A stretch of DNA of 64,000 nucleotides. Origin: Candidatus Bathyarchaeia archaeon (GTDB lineage: Archaea > Thermoproteota > Bathyarchaeia > Bathyarchaeales > Bathycorpusculaceae). A program made the translations under genes and the position numbers. The notes under the pieces were generated by a model that had not been told where the DNA came from, searched no databases, and was given only the letters and a program-made list of their open reading frames with translations. This document shows, piece by piece, positions 36,226-44,994 of this stretch (position 1 is the first letter of the stretch; every line of letters starts with the position of its first letter). The stretch spans positions 2,379 to 66,378 of the forward strand of contig JAWBXA010000001.1 in assembly GCA_038868115.1 (NCBI GenBank), read 5' to 3'.

Positions 36226-36494
36226 GTACAGTTCTGGACACTTACATAGCAAGAATCGAAGAGGCATGTGGAGAAGAAAAAGACTACATAATCCACTTCA
36301 AATATGACGAAAAAGAAGAGGCGATAGCTAAAATATTGAAAAAAGCCGCGCTTCAAAAAACTACAGCAAAAATAATCTTTGACCTAACATACAAAGAAAC
36401 CCACATACGCTTATACGCAACAGGAAAAGCAGTCTTCAAAAAAGTAAAAGACAAAGAACGGCTAAACCAAATCCTAACAGAACTACTCTCCTAA
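36222..36494 (+). CDS. Hypothetical 90-aa protein translationally coupled to sufS
   Basis: ATGA overlap with the sufS stop. I recognise no family. The sequence is charged and alpha/beta-like: ...HIRLYATGKAVFKKVKDKERL.... Confidence 0.45.
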   Translation: MSTVLDTYIARIEEACGEEKDYIIHFKYDEKEEAIAKILKKAALQKTTAKIIFDLTYKETHIRLYATGKAVFKKVKDKERLNQILTELLS

Positions 36495-36526
36495 ATTTTC
36501 CATGTTTTGAATGACGAAGCTCGCTA

Positions 36527-36554
36527 GTATTACTTTTCAATTGAAAAGTAATAC
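36527..36554. repeat. Perfect 28-bp palindrome GTATTACTTTTCAA|TTGAAAAGTAATAC between convergent genes
   Basis: Verified base by base. It lies 33 bp after the stop of 36222-36494 (+) and 141 bp after the stop of 36695-37393 (-). It could be a bidirectional terminator hairpin or a protein-binding site. Confidence 0.85.
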
Positions 36555-36694
36555 CGCTAACACACATACGGACGTTACATAAGCTCGGAAACCGCCATTA
36601 CAATGACTGCCATATCTAGTTTCAGCTGCTGCCTACGCCTTAGGGAATTTAATATCAAAACAAGATAAAGAAATAAATAATATGGGGATGCTTG

Positions 36695-37393
36695 CTACTC
36701 TCTGCTTGCAAGTATAACTATGTAGTCTGCTGTGTCAGCGCACATATCGGCGGCGTGCTCAATAAACTCTACAAGATCATCAAAAATAATCATTGAACCG
36801 CTATCCATTTGCCCCCCATATTTAATGAATAAGGCTTTGGTTTTGAGATACTCATCGTCTATTTTCCTTTCTATTTCCTCAACCTTTTTCGCCCCATTTA
36901 TAGCTGCAGAAGAGTCTACAGCAATTTTCTCTATGCTACCCCTTAAGGCGTGGGCACAATCAACCAGAAACGATGTTGTGTGAGCTGTGTTCTCCCAGAG
37001 CTCCTTCGGAACTTTGGTTCCTTCAAGCATTTTTATGCATCGCGCTGCGTCCTTTATATGGTCAGCAAGTGTATCAAGCCTTTTTACAAGGTGCATTAGG
37101 TCTTCGCGGTAATCAGCAAAAAGAGCTACGCCCTTTGAAAGTTCCTTAAAGACTTCTGTTCGCAGTTTATCAACCTCCCGCTCAACTTTGAAAATGTTTT
37201 CTATGTGCTGCATGGCCTCTTTTCTGTCACCTTCAGCCATCTTTTGCATGGCACAATGAAGAAGCGTAACGGTGTCCAAAGCCTTGGTAATCTGCTCCTG
37301 CGCCAAATCCAGAGCCTTTGTCCTTCTCCGCCTCTCAAACCACGCATAACTTTTCTTTTCCAACTTAAACTCATCTCCCTTAACAATAAGCAT
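36695..37393 (-). CDS. DUF47 / PhoU-like helical-bundle protein
   Basis: 232 aa with two repeats of the E..(x)D..R pattern: VEREVDKLRTEV...REDLMHLVKRLDTLADHIKDAA and IERKIDDEY...FIEHAADMCADTADYI. Confidence 0.7.
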   Translation of the reverse strand: MLIVKGDEFKLEKKSYAWFERRRRTKALDLAQEQITKALDTVTLLHCAMQKMAEGDRKEAMQHIENIFKVEREVDKLRTEVFKELSKGVALFADYREDLMHLVKRLDTLADHIKDAARCIKMLEGTKVPKELWENTAHTTSFLVDCAHALRGSIEKIAVDSSAAINGAKKVEEIERKIDDEYLKTKALFIKYGGQMDSGSMIIFDDLVEFIEHAADMCADTADYIVILASRE

Positions 37394-37428
37394 CTATGAA
37401 ATGCTTAATAACACTTTGCAAACAGCAG

Positions 37429-37884
37429 CTACTCTTCTTCAGCTTCTGCAACCCAATAAGCCTTCTCACCGCCCTTTTTAGTAATTACATACTCCTTCTT
37501 GAAAATTGGGGCTTCCAGCTTATACCTCTCAACAGCCTCCCTAAAAACTGGGAAAACGTCCGCTCTATGGGAACCGGCAACCACTACATAGACAAGGTCC
37601 TCGCCGACATTGAACTCGCCCACAAAATGGTGTATTTGGACGTCAACTATTCCCTTTCTTTTCTTTAAGTCTTGACATATTTTCGACAACGCCTTATCTG
37701 CTCCTTCATTATAAGCTTCGACCTCCAATTTCCGAACCTTTTCTTTCCTTGGATTTTCTCCACGAACAACGCCAATAAAAATTGTAATAGCTCCAGCCTT
37801 TTGAAAATTCGGGCTCCCTTTAACTCTCTCAATTAATTCTTTGATTGACAGAGCACCTTTCTCATGGATATGTCTGGATAGCAT
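37429..37884 (-). CDS. moaE: Molybdopterin synthase catalytic subunit MoaE
   Basis: GAITIFIGVVRG..., VQIHHFVGEFNVGEDLVYVVVAGSHRADVF and YKLEAPIFKKE match MoaE. The start is taken at ATG 37884. Confidence 0.8.
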   Translation of the reverse strand: MLSRHIHEKGALSIKELIERVKGSPNFQKAGAITIFIGVVRGENPRKEKVRKLEVEAYNEGADKALSKICQDLKKRKGIVDVQIHHFVGEFNVGEDLVYVVVAGSHRADVFPVFREAVERYKLEAPIFKKEYVITKKGGEKAYWVAEAEEE

Positions 37885-38084
37885 TGAAACCCCCCTGCAA
37901 AAGAAAGATGAAAACAATTATAAAGGTGGAGATCCTAATTAACTTTTCAGCCAGTTAGCAGGCATTTCTCGGTGCTTTAAAAGCCTTTCATAGGCGTGAC
38001 CTTGAGAACCTTATAGCGTCGTTAAAAAGCCTTGCTTGCTAAACAATGGCTTTGCTACAAAAGCTTTTGGAAAGCTAAAAAAAA

Positions 38085-39113
38085 TTACAGGTATTTCCGC
38101 ATATCCTCAACTGCAGCTGAAGGAATCGACAGATCTTTCATGGTGAGCAAGCCAGCCGGAGCCTTTAGCACTTTTGGAATAGAATTTACAATCACCGCCA
38201 CAGTGCCTGCATCTCCGTGGACGCATGGCCGAATTTTCTGCTTGATTATTGGAACACCCGTGATTGATATAGCGTCATACTCTTCTTTCGCTCCGATAAA
38301 AGCTTGAAAACGTAAAACCACAACATCTTCGCCCTTCATTACACCCTTCGCTGTCTGCTTCAAACCAGCAACTTTTCCAGCCTTAACTTTTATAAAATCG
38401 CTTTGCACTAATTCTTTGGCTATTACTGGTTCGACAGGCTCAGCCTTTATTTCATCAAGCTCCCATGCTAAAGCATCTGCAATCATCGCGATAGACTGTT
38501 CAAGTCCCACGTGTCCAGTTATTTCACCCTTTGCAATTTTTTGTTTAAATTCCTCTACGGTTAAGCCTGCACCTATCTTTTTCTGAAAGGTTAAACGTCT
38601 TGTTGCAGCATTTATAACTCTCACGACCTCAATTTTCTCTATTCTTTGGCATGCCGCCGTCAGAGTTATTACAAGAGTATCCATTAAAAAGCCTGGATTT
38701 ATTCCTGTTCCCAAAACTGTCACGCCATGTTTTTTGGCTAACTTGTCCAGTTCTTTTGCGATTTTCGGTTCTGAATAGTAAGGGTATGAAAGTTCTTCGC
38801 ATGTCGATATAACATTAACACCATGTTTGATTACAGAGGCTATTTGAAGGTGAGTATCTTTAAGGTAAGATGATGTTGCGTGAATCGTTATGTCTGGCTT
38901 CGTTTTTAAAAGTATGGCATCCACGTCGCTTGAAACCGCTATGCCTAGTTTTCTGTTTAAGCCTAAAACTTCGCCTAAATCCTTGCCCACTTTATCCTCT
39001 GCAACATCAATTGCACCAACTATCTTTACGCCTCTCTTTTCGAGCAGAAACTTTGCTATCAGCCTTCCAACAACGCCAACTCCATACAAAACAACTTTAA
39101 CCTCTTCTTCCAT
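38085..39113 (-). CDS. NAD(P)-binding DapB-like dehydrogenase (2,4-diaminopentanoate dehydrogenase / amine dehydrogenase family)
   Basis: 342 aa. Rossmann N-terminus VVLYGVGVVGRLIAKFL, with length and pattern typical of the DapB-N-domain family. The substrate is unknown. Confidence 0.6.
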   Translation of the reverse strand: MEEEVKVVLYGVGVVGRLIAKFLLEKRGVKIVGAIDVAEDKVGKDLGEVLGLNRKLGIAVSSDVDAILLKTKPDITIHATSSYLKDTHLQIASVIKHGVNVISTCEELSYPYYSEPKIAKELDKLAKKHGVTVLGTGINPGFLMDTLVITLTAACQRIEKIEVVRVINAATRRLTFQKKIGAGLTVEEFKQKIAKGEITGHVGLEQSIAMIADALAWELDEIKAEPVEPVIAKELVQSDFIKVKAGKVAGLKQTAKGVMKGEDVVVLRFQAFIGAKEEYDAISITGVPIIKQKIRPCVHGDAGTVAVIVNSIPKVLKAPAGLLTMKDLSIPSAAVEDMRKYL

Positions 39114-39173
39114 AGAGTGTTCCTCTGTTTCATGGTTTATTGGAGCGAATTTATAAAAGAAGTTTGCCTATGA

Positions 39174-39958
39174 ATGTTTATTTATATAAGTAAGCTTCCA
39201 GTAATAAGAAGGCAGGTCACATTGAGCATAGGAAAAAAGGTAACTTATAAGGAAACCTACCCGAAACTTAGGGGGAAAGTCGTTAAGACTATTGCATCGA
39301 TCTTAAAAAAAGCTGTGGAAAGTTGTAAGGCTTGTGGGCTTTGCATAAAGGTTTGCCCATACAATGCAATAACCCTCAATAAGGAGCTTAAGCGGATTGA
39401 GATTATTGAAACTGCTTGTGGAGGCTGCGGAACATGTTCCGCAAAGCGCCCATTTGACGCGCTAACACGGAACAACCTCACAGACGAACAGATAAACGCT
39501 GTTACAGAAAATGACACCGACAAGAAAATTGTCGCATTTTGCTGTAACTGGTGTGCATACGCTAGTGCGAATTTCGTCGGAGCCAGCAGAATACGGTACC
39601 CACTAAACGTTCGAATAATTAGAACCATGTATTCTGGAAGAGTGGCTCCAAAATTTATTGAGAGATCCTTTGCAAAAGGAATTGCCGCGGTTCTGGTGGC
39701 TGGCTGTCACCTTGGAAACTGTTACTACATTAGTGCCAACTATTCCACCGAGAGGAGCGTGGAACAATTATGGAAAAAGGTGGAACAGAACAGCTGAGCA
39801 AAGAGAGGCTTCAACTTTTATGGGTTTCAGCAGCTGAAAGTGAAAAGTTTGCCTCAAAAATTTACGAAACGCAAAAGATTATGGAAAACGTAACTTCAGA
39901 GGAAAATAGAACGCGCCAAAAGGTCTTTTCAAAAGTTGAAGGAGCTAAAAATGTCTGA
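39174..39958 (+). pseudogene. Remnant of an HdrA-C-terminus/MvhD fusion (ferredoxin-like motifs plus MvhD/FlpD domain), truncated, with Cys losses and a frameshift
   Basis: CKACGLCIKVCP is intact, but the second motif reads CGGCGTCSAKRP, with R where a Cys is expected. In the MvhD block CCNWCAYASANFVGASRIRYP..VRIIRTMYSGRV, a Y sits where a Cys is expected. The conserved tail ERLQLLWVSAAESEKFA continues in another frame (ORF 39770-39958), past an A5 run near 39775. No FAD-binding HdrA body lies upstream. Confidence 0.55.
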
Positions 39959-40229
39959 AAAGATTTGGAGAACTCCGTTAGATGTTGAGAAGGTTTTAAG
40001 ACCGAAGGCTGAAATCCACATATTAAAAGACCAGTGTAAAGGTTGCGGCTTCTGCATCAAATACTGCCCCAAAAAGATTTTAGAGGAATCAGATGAAATT
40101 AATGCCAGAGGAGTCCATCCTCCAAGAGTTGTTAATGAAAAAAACTGCATATTATGTAGCTTTTGTATGGCTGTTTGCCCAGACTTTGCAATTTTCGTTA
40201 AAGAAAAACAATGTAAGGATGGATGTTAA
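39951..40229 (+). CDS. korD: 2-oxoacid:ferredoxin oxidoreductase, delta (ferredoxin) subunit
   Basis: CKGCGFCIKYCP and CILCSFCMAVCP. The ATG at 39951 follows GGAG. It lies directly upstream of the alpha subunit. Confidence 0.85.
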   Translation: MSEKIWRTPLDVEKVLRPKAEIHILKDQCKGCGFCIKYCPKKILEESDEINARGVHPPRVVNEKNCILCSFCMAVCPDFAIFVKEKQCKDGC

Positions 40230-41384
40230 ATGGTTAGTGAAAAGACGATCTTAACCGGCGTACACTTCATGAGTGGCAACATGGCATGCGCAGAAGGCGC
40301 TATTGCAGCTGGTTGCCGATTTTTTGCCGGATATCCCATAACGCCAGCCACTGAAATAGCAGAACATTTAGCAGTTAGGATGCCAAAAGTTGGTGGAATT
40401 TACATTCAAATGGAAGATGAAATAGCCTCCATAGCCGCCGTAATAGGCGCATCCTACACTGGCTTGAAGGCCATGACAGCTACTTCTGGACCAGGCTTTA
40501 GCTTGATGCAGGAGAATATAGGCTTAGCTGCCATGACAGAAGCCCCATGCGTCATTGTTGATGTAATGCGGGGAGGCCCCAGCACTGGACAGCCAACCCT
40601 TCCCGGACAGCAGGATGTCATGCAAGCCAAATGGGGTTCTCATGGCGATTATGAGATCATTGCTTTGGCTCCTTCTTCTGTTCAGGAAATGTTTGATTTG
40701 ACAATTGAGGCTTTCAACCTGGCTGAAACCTATCGCGTTCCAACATTAGTGATGGCTGACGAAGTTGTCGCTCACATGTGGGAAAAAGTTGTGATTCCAC
40801 CAGCTGAGGAAATAAGGATAGTCAACCGTAAAAAGCCCAACGTGCCACCGGAAAAGTATATGCCCTTTATGCCTAGCGACGACTTGGTTCCGCCAATGGC
40901 TTGTTTCGGCGAAGGCTTCCGTTTTCATGCAACAGGTCTAACCCATGACGAGTATGGCTATCCACGCACCCAAAGCTCAGAAGTTCAAATGAGACTTGTG
41001 CAAAGGCTATGCAACAAGATAAGGAAGAACGCCGACAAAATCATCCGCGTTGAAGAGCAGATGCTGGACGATGCCGAAATAGTGATTTTTGCTTATGGGA
41101 TAGTTGCAAGGGCCGCCCTAAGTGCTGTGAGAAAGGCAAGGCAGGCGGGTATGAAAGCTGGCCTTTTCCGCCCAATCACTTTATGGCCCTTCCCAGAAAG
41201 ACACGTGACAAAGGCTGCTGAAAAAGCCAAAGCCATAATTGTTCCAGAAATGAACTGCGGACAAATGGTGAGGGAAGTTGAAAGAGCCGCAAAAGGAACA
41301 CCGGTTTACCACATACCAATATTAGGTGAGGAGCCGCACACACCAACAGAGATTCTTGAATTTATAAGGAGATATGGCAAATGA
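40230..41384 (+). CDS. korA: 2-oxoacid:ferredoxin oxidoreductase, alpha subunit
   Basis: 384 aa with GN.A.A.GA..AGCRFFAGYPITPATEI, typical of KorA/PorA. Confidence 0.9.
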   Translation: MVSEKTILTGVHFMSGNMACAEGAIAAGCRFFAGYPITPATEIAEHLAVRMPKVGGIYIQMEDEIASIAAVIGASYTGLKAMTATSGPGFSLMQENIGLAAMTEAPCVIVDVMRGGPSTGQPTLPGQQDVMQAKWGSHGDYEIIALAPSSVQEMFDLTIEAFNLAETYRVPTLVMADEVVAHMWEKVVIPPAEEIRIVNRKKPNVPPEKYMPFMPSDDLVPPMACFGEGFRFHATGLTHDEYGYPRTQSSEVQMRLVQRLCNKIRKNADKIIRVEEQMLDDAEIVIFAYGIVARAALSAVRKARQAGMKAGLFRPITLWPFPERHVTKAAEKAKAIIVPEMNCGQMVREVERAAKGTPVYHIPILGEEPHTPTEILEFIRRYGK

Positions 41385-42223
41385 CGGAAGCTGTTGACCA
41401 GCATCCTCTTTCAAAATATTTGAGAGCCGCCATGATGCCCCACATATGGTGTTCCGGATGCGGAAACGGCATAATACTTAACGCTTTTGCGCAAGCACTT
41501 AACGAGCTGCAAGCAAATCTTGACAAGCTTGTCGTCGTTTCAGGGATAGGCTGTATTGGAAGGGCAGCTGGCTACACAAATGTTGACTCCTTCCACACAA
41601 CTCATGGGCGCCCCATAGCCTTCGCAACAGGCGTTAAACTCGCAAACCCAGAGTTGGAAGTTGTCGTTATAAGCGGTGACGGTGACCTCTTCGCCATAGG
41701 AGGAAACCACTTTATACATGCCGCGAGGAGAAACATTGGAATTAAGGTGATATGCGCCAACAACTTCAACTACGGAATGACTGGCGGCCAGGTTGGACCA
41801 ACAACACCACTAGACGCCTTTACAACGACAACACCTTATGGGAACATGGAGCGCCCCTTCAACCTGATTTATTTGGCAGCGGCAGCCGGCGCCACTTATG
41901 TAGCAAGGTGGACAACCTTTCACGTGCGGATGTTAACAACGTCCATTAAGAAGCTTTTACAAAGGAAGGGCTTCTCCTTTATAGAGGTCGTATCGCCATG
42001 TCCAGAAATTTATGGACGCCGCAATAAAATGCAAACAGGACTTGAAATGATGGAGTGGTTTAGGAAGACGTCGGTTATAGCTAACTTCTCAGACCCGGCC
42101 AAGGCAGAAATAACTCCAGAAAGAATAGTTATCGGCGAATTCGTGGACCTCCAAAAACCAACCTATGAGGAATTACTTCATAATAAAATGGCGCAAATAA
42201 TGAAAGAAGGCGAAAAATGGTGA
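41381..42223 (+). CDS. korB: 2-oxoacid:ferredoxin oxidoreductase, beta (TPP-binding) subunit
   Basis: 280 aa with WCSGCGNG and GDGD...GGNH TPP motifs. Confidence 0.9.
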   Translation: MTEAVDQHPLSKYLRAAMMPHIWCSGCGNGIILNAFAQALNELQANLDKLVVVSGIGCIGRAAGYTNVDSFHTTHGRPIAFATGVKLANPELEVVVISGDGDLFAIGGNHFIHAARRNIGIKVICANNFNYGMTGGQVGPTTPLDAFTTTTPYGNMERPFNLIYLAAAAGATYVARWTTFHVRMLTTSIKKLLQRKGFSFIEVVSPCPEIYGRRNKMQTGLEMMEWFRKTSVIANFSDPAKAEITPERIVIGEFVDLQKPTYEELLHNKMAQIMKEGEKW

Positions 42224-42292
42224 GGCGTTACGCGCATTGAAATAAGATTTGCAGGTTTCGGTGGGCAAGGGATAATTAAGTCTGGAATTATA

Positions 42293-42775
42293 GTGGCTAC
42301 AGCCGCATGTATATACAGCGGAAAACATGCGGTGCAAACACAGTCTTATGGACCAGAGTCGCGTGGCGGTGCATGCCGATCCGAAGTTGTAATAGCAGAT
42401 GATGAAATCGACTTCCCAAAAGTCACCGAGCCAGATATTCTAGTGGTGATGTCCCAGCACGCCTATAACGAATATGCGGAAACTGTGAAAAAGGGAGGGA
42501 CGATAATACTTGACCCGGACATGGTTCTCAACGAAAGGGAAATTGAAGGCGTAAAAGTTTTCCGCGTTCCGGCCACAAGGATAGCTGAGGGGCTTGGAAG
42601 AAGAATTGTTGCAAATGTTGTCATGCTCGGGGCTTTTGCAGCAATAACTGGGATCGTGGACAGGGAAGCCCTAAAAGAGTCGATTAAAGCCAATGTTCCA
42701 AAGGGAACAGAGGAGTTAAACCTAAAAGCCTTTGAGATAGGCTACGAATATGGCAAAAGAGTTGTTGAAGGTTAG
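42293..42775 (+). CDS. korC: 2-oxoacid:ferredoxin oxidoreductase, gamma subunit (5' end problematic)
   Basis: PorG/KorC pattern (QSYGPESRGG). The conserved N-terminal IEIRFAGFGGQGII is encoded in-frame upstream (42236-42292), but no ATG/GTG/TTG precedes it after the TGA at 42221. An out-of-frame ATG at 42217 overlaps the korB stop. Confidence 0.75.
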   Translation: MATAACIYSGKHAVQTQSYGPESRGGACRSEVVIADDEIDFPKVTEPDILVVMSQHAYNEYAETVKKGGTIILDPDMVLNEREIEGVKVFRVPATRIAEGLGRRIVANVVMLGAFAAITGIVDREALKESIKANVPKGTEELNLKAFEIGYEYGKRVVEG

Positions 42776-43389
42776 CTTTGCTGTTCAACCCTTTGCAGCG
42801 ACACTTGCACTTGAGCCACTTGTGTCAGAAGCTTAGACTTTCTAATGCCAACATGGCGTAATGGCACAACTTTTCTTGCCTCGTTGTAAATGTCTGATGC
42901 GATTTTTCCGAGAACCATTTCTTGAACAAACTGGTCCATTGTTAGGGCGGTGCTTTTCTCCTCAACTATCTTCGCCATAATTTTACGTATGGCATGCTCC
43001 TGTGAAGTCTTTATCCTTGAAAGGGTGAACGCGCAAATCGCCACTCTAAATCTGTAACCATCTTTTGTTGAAACATTAAAGATTCCATCAACCTTTGTTG
43101 TTCTTCGTCTAACAAGACTTCTAAGGTAGTCTCTTGAATATTCATGTCCCTTAAACATGGTGCGAGCTGTTTTGCCCTCCACTTGTGTTACTTGGAAGTA
43201 TAGTTTCAAGTATTGGTGAGAAAAGTCTCCGGTAATATCGTAAAGTGTTGCCTCCATGACCCTTCCAATGAGTTTTTCCGGCTCGTCTGCTGGTATCGCG
43301 CCTAACTCAACGTTTCCAAAGTATGGTGGAGCAACCACCGTGTACCATACTTTACTGCGCCACTTATCCCTCACTTTCTTCGATGACAA
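42772..43389 (-). CDS. rps3ae: 30S ribosomal protein S3Ae (eS1)
   Basis: 205 aa. KWRSKVWYTVVAPPYFG...IGRVMEATLYDITGD is typical of archaeal S3Ae. Confidence 0.92.
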   Translation of the reverse strand: MSSKKVRDKWRSKVWYTVVAPPYFGNVELGAIPADEPEKLIGRVMEATLYDITGDFSHQYLKLYFQVTQVEGKTARTMFKGHEYSRDYLRSLVRRRTTKVDGIFNVSTKDGYRFRVAICAFTLSRIKTSQEHAIRKIMAKIVEEKSTALTMDQFVQEMVLGKIASDIYNEARKVVPLRHVGIRKSKLLTQVAQVQVSLQRVEQQS

Positions 43390-43443
43390 GGTTAACCTCC
43401 ATCCTTAATAGCGGAAAAAGTCACATTACGAGGGTATTAAGCT

Positions 43444-44733
43444 TTACCTTTTCGGCTCTATTTTTTCTAAGCCACCTATATACTTTCTCAAAACCTCTGG
43501 AATGACAACAGAACCATCTGCTTGCTGATAGTTCTCCAGTATAGCTACAATGGTTCTTCCAGTGGCTAAAGCCGTAGAGTTAAGCGTGTGCACAAAGGCT
43601 TTTGGCGGCTCGCCCTCCTTTTCCCTGTACCTAATATTTAATCGCCTAGCCTGATAATCAGTACAGTTGCTACATGAAATTATCTCCCTGTAAGCGTTTT
43701 GAGCCGGCATCCAAACCTCAACATCATACTTTTTGGCGGCAACGGTTCCAATATCGCCAGTACAAACGTTCACAACGCGATATGGTAAGCCAAGTTTTTG
43801 AACAAGCTCCTCGGCATTTCTAATGAGTTCCTCGTGGAGTTCCCAAGAGTCTTCCGGCTTGCAAAATATGAACTGTTCAACCTTGTTAAATTGGTGGGTG
43901 CGGAAAATTCCACGAGTGTCCTTGCCGTGGGCGCCCGCCTCTTTTCTAAAGTTGGGGCTTATACCTACAAATTTGATGGGCAGGTCTTTAGCCCTCAAAA
44001 CTTCGTCCATAAACATTGCCGCCATTGGATGTTCTGAAGTTGCAATTAGGTACAGGTCTTCATTTTCAATTTTGTAGAGGCTTTCTTCGAAATCGCTTAG
44101 GGCGGTGACTCCCTCGTAGGGTTTACGCCTCATCATGAATGGTGGTTCTATGGGCGTGTAGCCCTTCTTAACCATCTCCTCTAATGCAAAATTTAAGAGA
44201 GCAATGTCAAGTAGAACACCTTCCCTTTTAAGGTAGAAGAATCTTGCTCCAGCAATTTTTCCAGCCCTTTCAATGTCCATTATGTCTAGGCTTAAGCCAA
44301 GCTCAATGTGGTCTTTAACTGGAAAATTAAAGCGCGGTATTTCTCCCCACGTCCTCACGGTAACATTGTCATGTTCGTCTTTGCCTATTGGAACAGAATC
44401 ATGTAAAAGGTTTGGAAGCCTCATAAGGTAATAGCGCACTTTCTCTTCATATTCGCCAACCAGTCGCTCCAAATTCACTATTTCTTTGTCTATTTCTTTA
44501 GCTTTAGAGGCCATTAGCGTGACGTCTATGCCCTTCTTTTTAGCAGTCGCAATCTCCATTGTTATACGATTTCTCTCCTGCCGGAGGTCATTAAGCCTTG
44601 TCAAGTGCTGGCGCCAAAGCTTATCGCAGTCAATCAGCTCATCTAGCATCTTTAAAAATTCGGGCTTGCCTCTTCTCTGCAGGTTTTCTCTTACGAGTTC
44701 TGGTTTTTCTCGAATAAGCTTTATGTCGAGCAT
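43444..44733 (-). CDS. serS: Seryl-tRNA synthetase
   Basis: MLDIKLIREKPE N-terminal coiled coil and class-II motifs (FRKEAG..G.D.RGIFRTHQF, GRTIVAILENYQ). The ATG at 44733 is preferred over the TTG at 44745. Confidence 0.92.
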   Translation of the reverse strand: MLDIKLIREKPELVRENLQRRGKPEFLKMLDELIDCDKLWRQHLTRLNDLRQERNRITMEIATAKKKGIDVTLMASKAKEIDKEIVNLERLVGEYEEKVRYYLMRLPNLLHDSVPIGKDEHDNVTVRTWGEIPRFNFPVKDHIELGLSLDIMDIERAGKIAGARFFYLKREGVLLDIALLNFALEEMVKKGYTPIEPPFMMRRKPYEGVTALSDFEESLYKIENEDLYLIATSEHPMAAMFMDEVLRAKDLPIKFVGISPNFRKEAGAHGKDTRGIFRTHQFNKVEQFIFCKPEDSWELHEELIRNAEELVQKLGLPYRVVNVCTGDIGTVAAKKYDVEVWMPAQNAYREIISCSNCTDYQARRLNIRYREKEGEPPKAFVHTLNSTALATGRTIVAILENYQQADGSVVIPEVLRKYIGGLEKIEPKR

Positions 44734-44745
44734 CTTAAAAACCAA

Positions 44746-44994
44746 CTATTTAAGTTTCCGCGCAGCTTTTAGAGTTTTCTCCGCCAATGATATGAAGAAA
44801 AGTAAATCATCAATTGTTGCAATAAAAGTTTGAAGCTTCCTTCTACAATTTATTCGAGTAATAATGCTTTTGCCATCCCTTGTCGTTTCGACGGACAAGC
44901 CAAGCGGCACTTTGAAGTTATCTGGTGAAACAGCTTTTGCAACCGCCTCGGCATTTTCTACATCATCATAGTTTATTATGATTTCAGCTTCCAA
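44746..44994 (-). CDS. pcc1: KEOPS complex subunit Pcc1
   Basis: About 82 aa from the TTG at 44994, which overlaps the upstream stop. LEAEIIINYDDVENAEAVAKAVSPDN......TFIATIDDLLFFISLAEKTL fits the Pcc1/CTAG pattern and size. Confidence 0.65.
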   Translation of the reverse strand: MEAEIIINYDDVENAEAVAKAVSPDNFKVPLGLSVETTRDGKSIITRINCRRKLQTFIATIDDLLFFISLAEKTLKAARKLK

